Source: Patescibacteria group bacterium | Lineage (GTDB): Bacteria; Patescibacteriota; Patescibacteriia; UBA9934; GWF2-40-263 | Direction of reading: 5' to 3' | Length of the DNA stretch: 64,000 bases | Assembly: GCA_041661745.1 (NCBI GenBank) | Contig: JBAZTR010000004.1 | Coordinates: 12,961 to 76,960, forward strand | Part shown: positions 63,773 through 64,000 of the stretch, in pieces | Layout: each line of letters begins with the position of its first letter | Position numbering within the stretch: position 1 is the first letter of the stretch | The notes under the pieces: generated by a model | What the model was told of the DNA's origin: nothing | The model's database searches: none | Seen by the model: the letters and a program-made list of their open reading frames with translations, nothing else | Translations under genes and position numbers: made by a program

Positions 63773-64000
63773 ATGCGCAAGAGTGAACGGGGCTTTACAC
63801 TTATCGAGCTCCTTATCGTTATCGCCATTATCGCGGTGTTAGCCGCCGTGGTATTCGTGGCTTTAAATCCGGCTCAACGTTTCCAACAGGCTCGTGATGC
63901 CCGCCGACAAAGCGACATCGAAAACGTCGCTGCGGCTTTGAAGATGTACCAATTGGATAACGACGGCGATTATCCGACTGGAGTGGCCGCCCTGACCGAT
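63773..64000 (+). CDS. Type IV major pilin-like protein (partial, runs off the window end)
   Basis: [31 protein letters not shown], a canonical class-III prepilin signal. Confidence 0.75.
   Translation, partial: MRKSERGFTLIELLIVIAIIAVLAAVVFVALNPAQRFQQARDARRQSDIENVAAALKMYQLDNDGDYPTGVAALTD

Noticed and set aside
1-64000. Retron / DGR / group II intron as explanation for ORF-less GC-rich islands
   Set aside because: No reverse-transcriptase-like ORF in any frame in or near the islands. Group II intron domain V consensus was not recognisable by eye. It is left as an Rfam check.

Overview
This 64-kb window looks like a small-genome, low-GC (about 40–46% GC) bacterium. I suspect a CPR/Patescibacteria-type lineage, an inference from gene content: many small membrane proteins, a type IV pilus/competence-like cluster, and a minimal set of ribosomal and replication genes.

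The housekeeping backbone reads as follows (coordinates and strands are in the feature list):
- Sugar and cell-envelope genes: TrmB-family regulator, GT4 and GT2 glycosyltransferases, MreB, a processive CesA-like GT2, and SEDS (RodA/FtsW).
- Ribosomal proteins: L7/L12, L10, L31 and L25.
- DNA repair and replication: MutM, XseAB and GyrB.
- Stress and metabolism: MetK, QueA, SOD and peroxiredoxin.
- Translation termination: RF1 and PrmC.
- Signalling: a histidine kinase, a CHASE/PAS sensor and a CheY-like regulator.
- Type IV pilus genes: prepilin peptidase, several pseudopilins, PilC, PilB and a major-pilin-like gene.

Two things make the window unusual.

1. At least eight GC-rich islands (about 58–63% GC) are wedged between native genes. 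Several are autonomous moron-like expression units, each with a canonical sigma70 promoter (tggaca-N17-taaaaa), a strong Shine-Dalgarno and an intrinsic terminator.
   - A tandem array of three such units at 18.9–21.5 kb is separated by roughly 170-bp compound palindromes.
   - There is also a family of GC-rich genes encoding stand-alone RNA-polymerase alpha-CTD-like helix-hairpin-helix domains: two short proteins, one as the C-terminal domain of a larger protein, and possibly a fourth.
   - Two islands (39.85–41.29 kb and 44.52–46.1 kb) have no credible ORFs, and the second splits the normally adjacent prfA–prmC pair.
   - That second island also carries a promoter-driven, atypical 97-nt tRNA-like gene.

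2. At least four families of palindromic MITE/REP-like elements saturate the intergenic space.
   - The C/G-tract family (cccctctcc…ggagagggg) is also inserted in-frame inside mutM and metK, an RPE-like phenomenon.
   - A second family (gtatgtagtatgtagtgggtaggcaatagatc palindrome) sits immediately upstream of five genes.

Separately, a low-GC block (12.4–16.4 kb) bracketed by repeats looks like a candidate defense island. It holds a PIF1/RecD-like helicase plus two hypothetical proteins. A GC-rich dGTPase-family HD hydrolase (32.3–33.5 kb) is another candidate acquired defense gene.

I found no CRISPR array, rRNA, integrase, transposase or reverse transcriptase.
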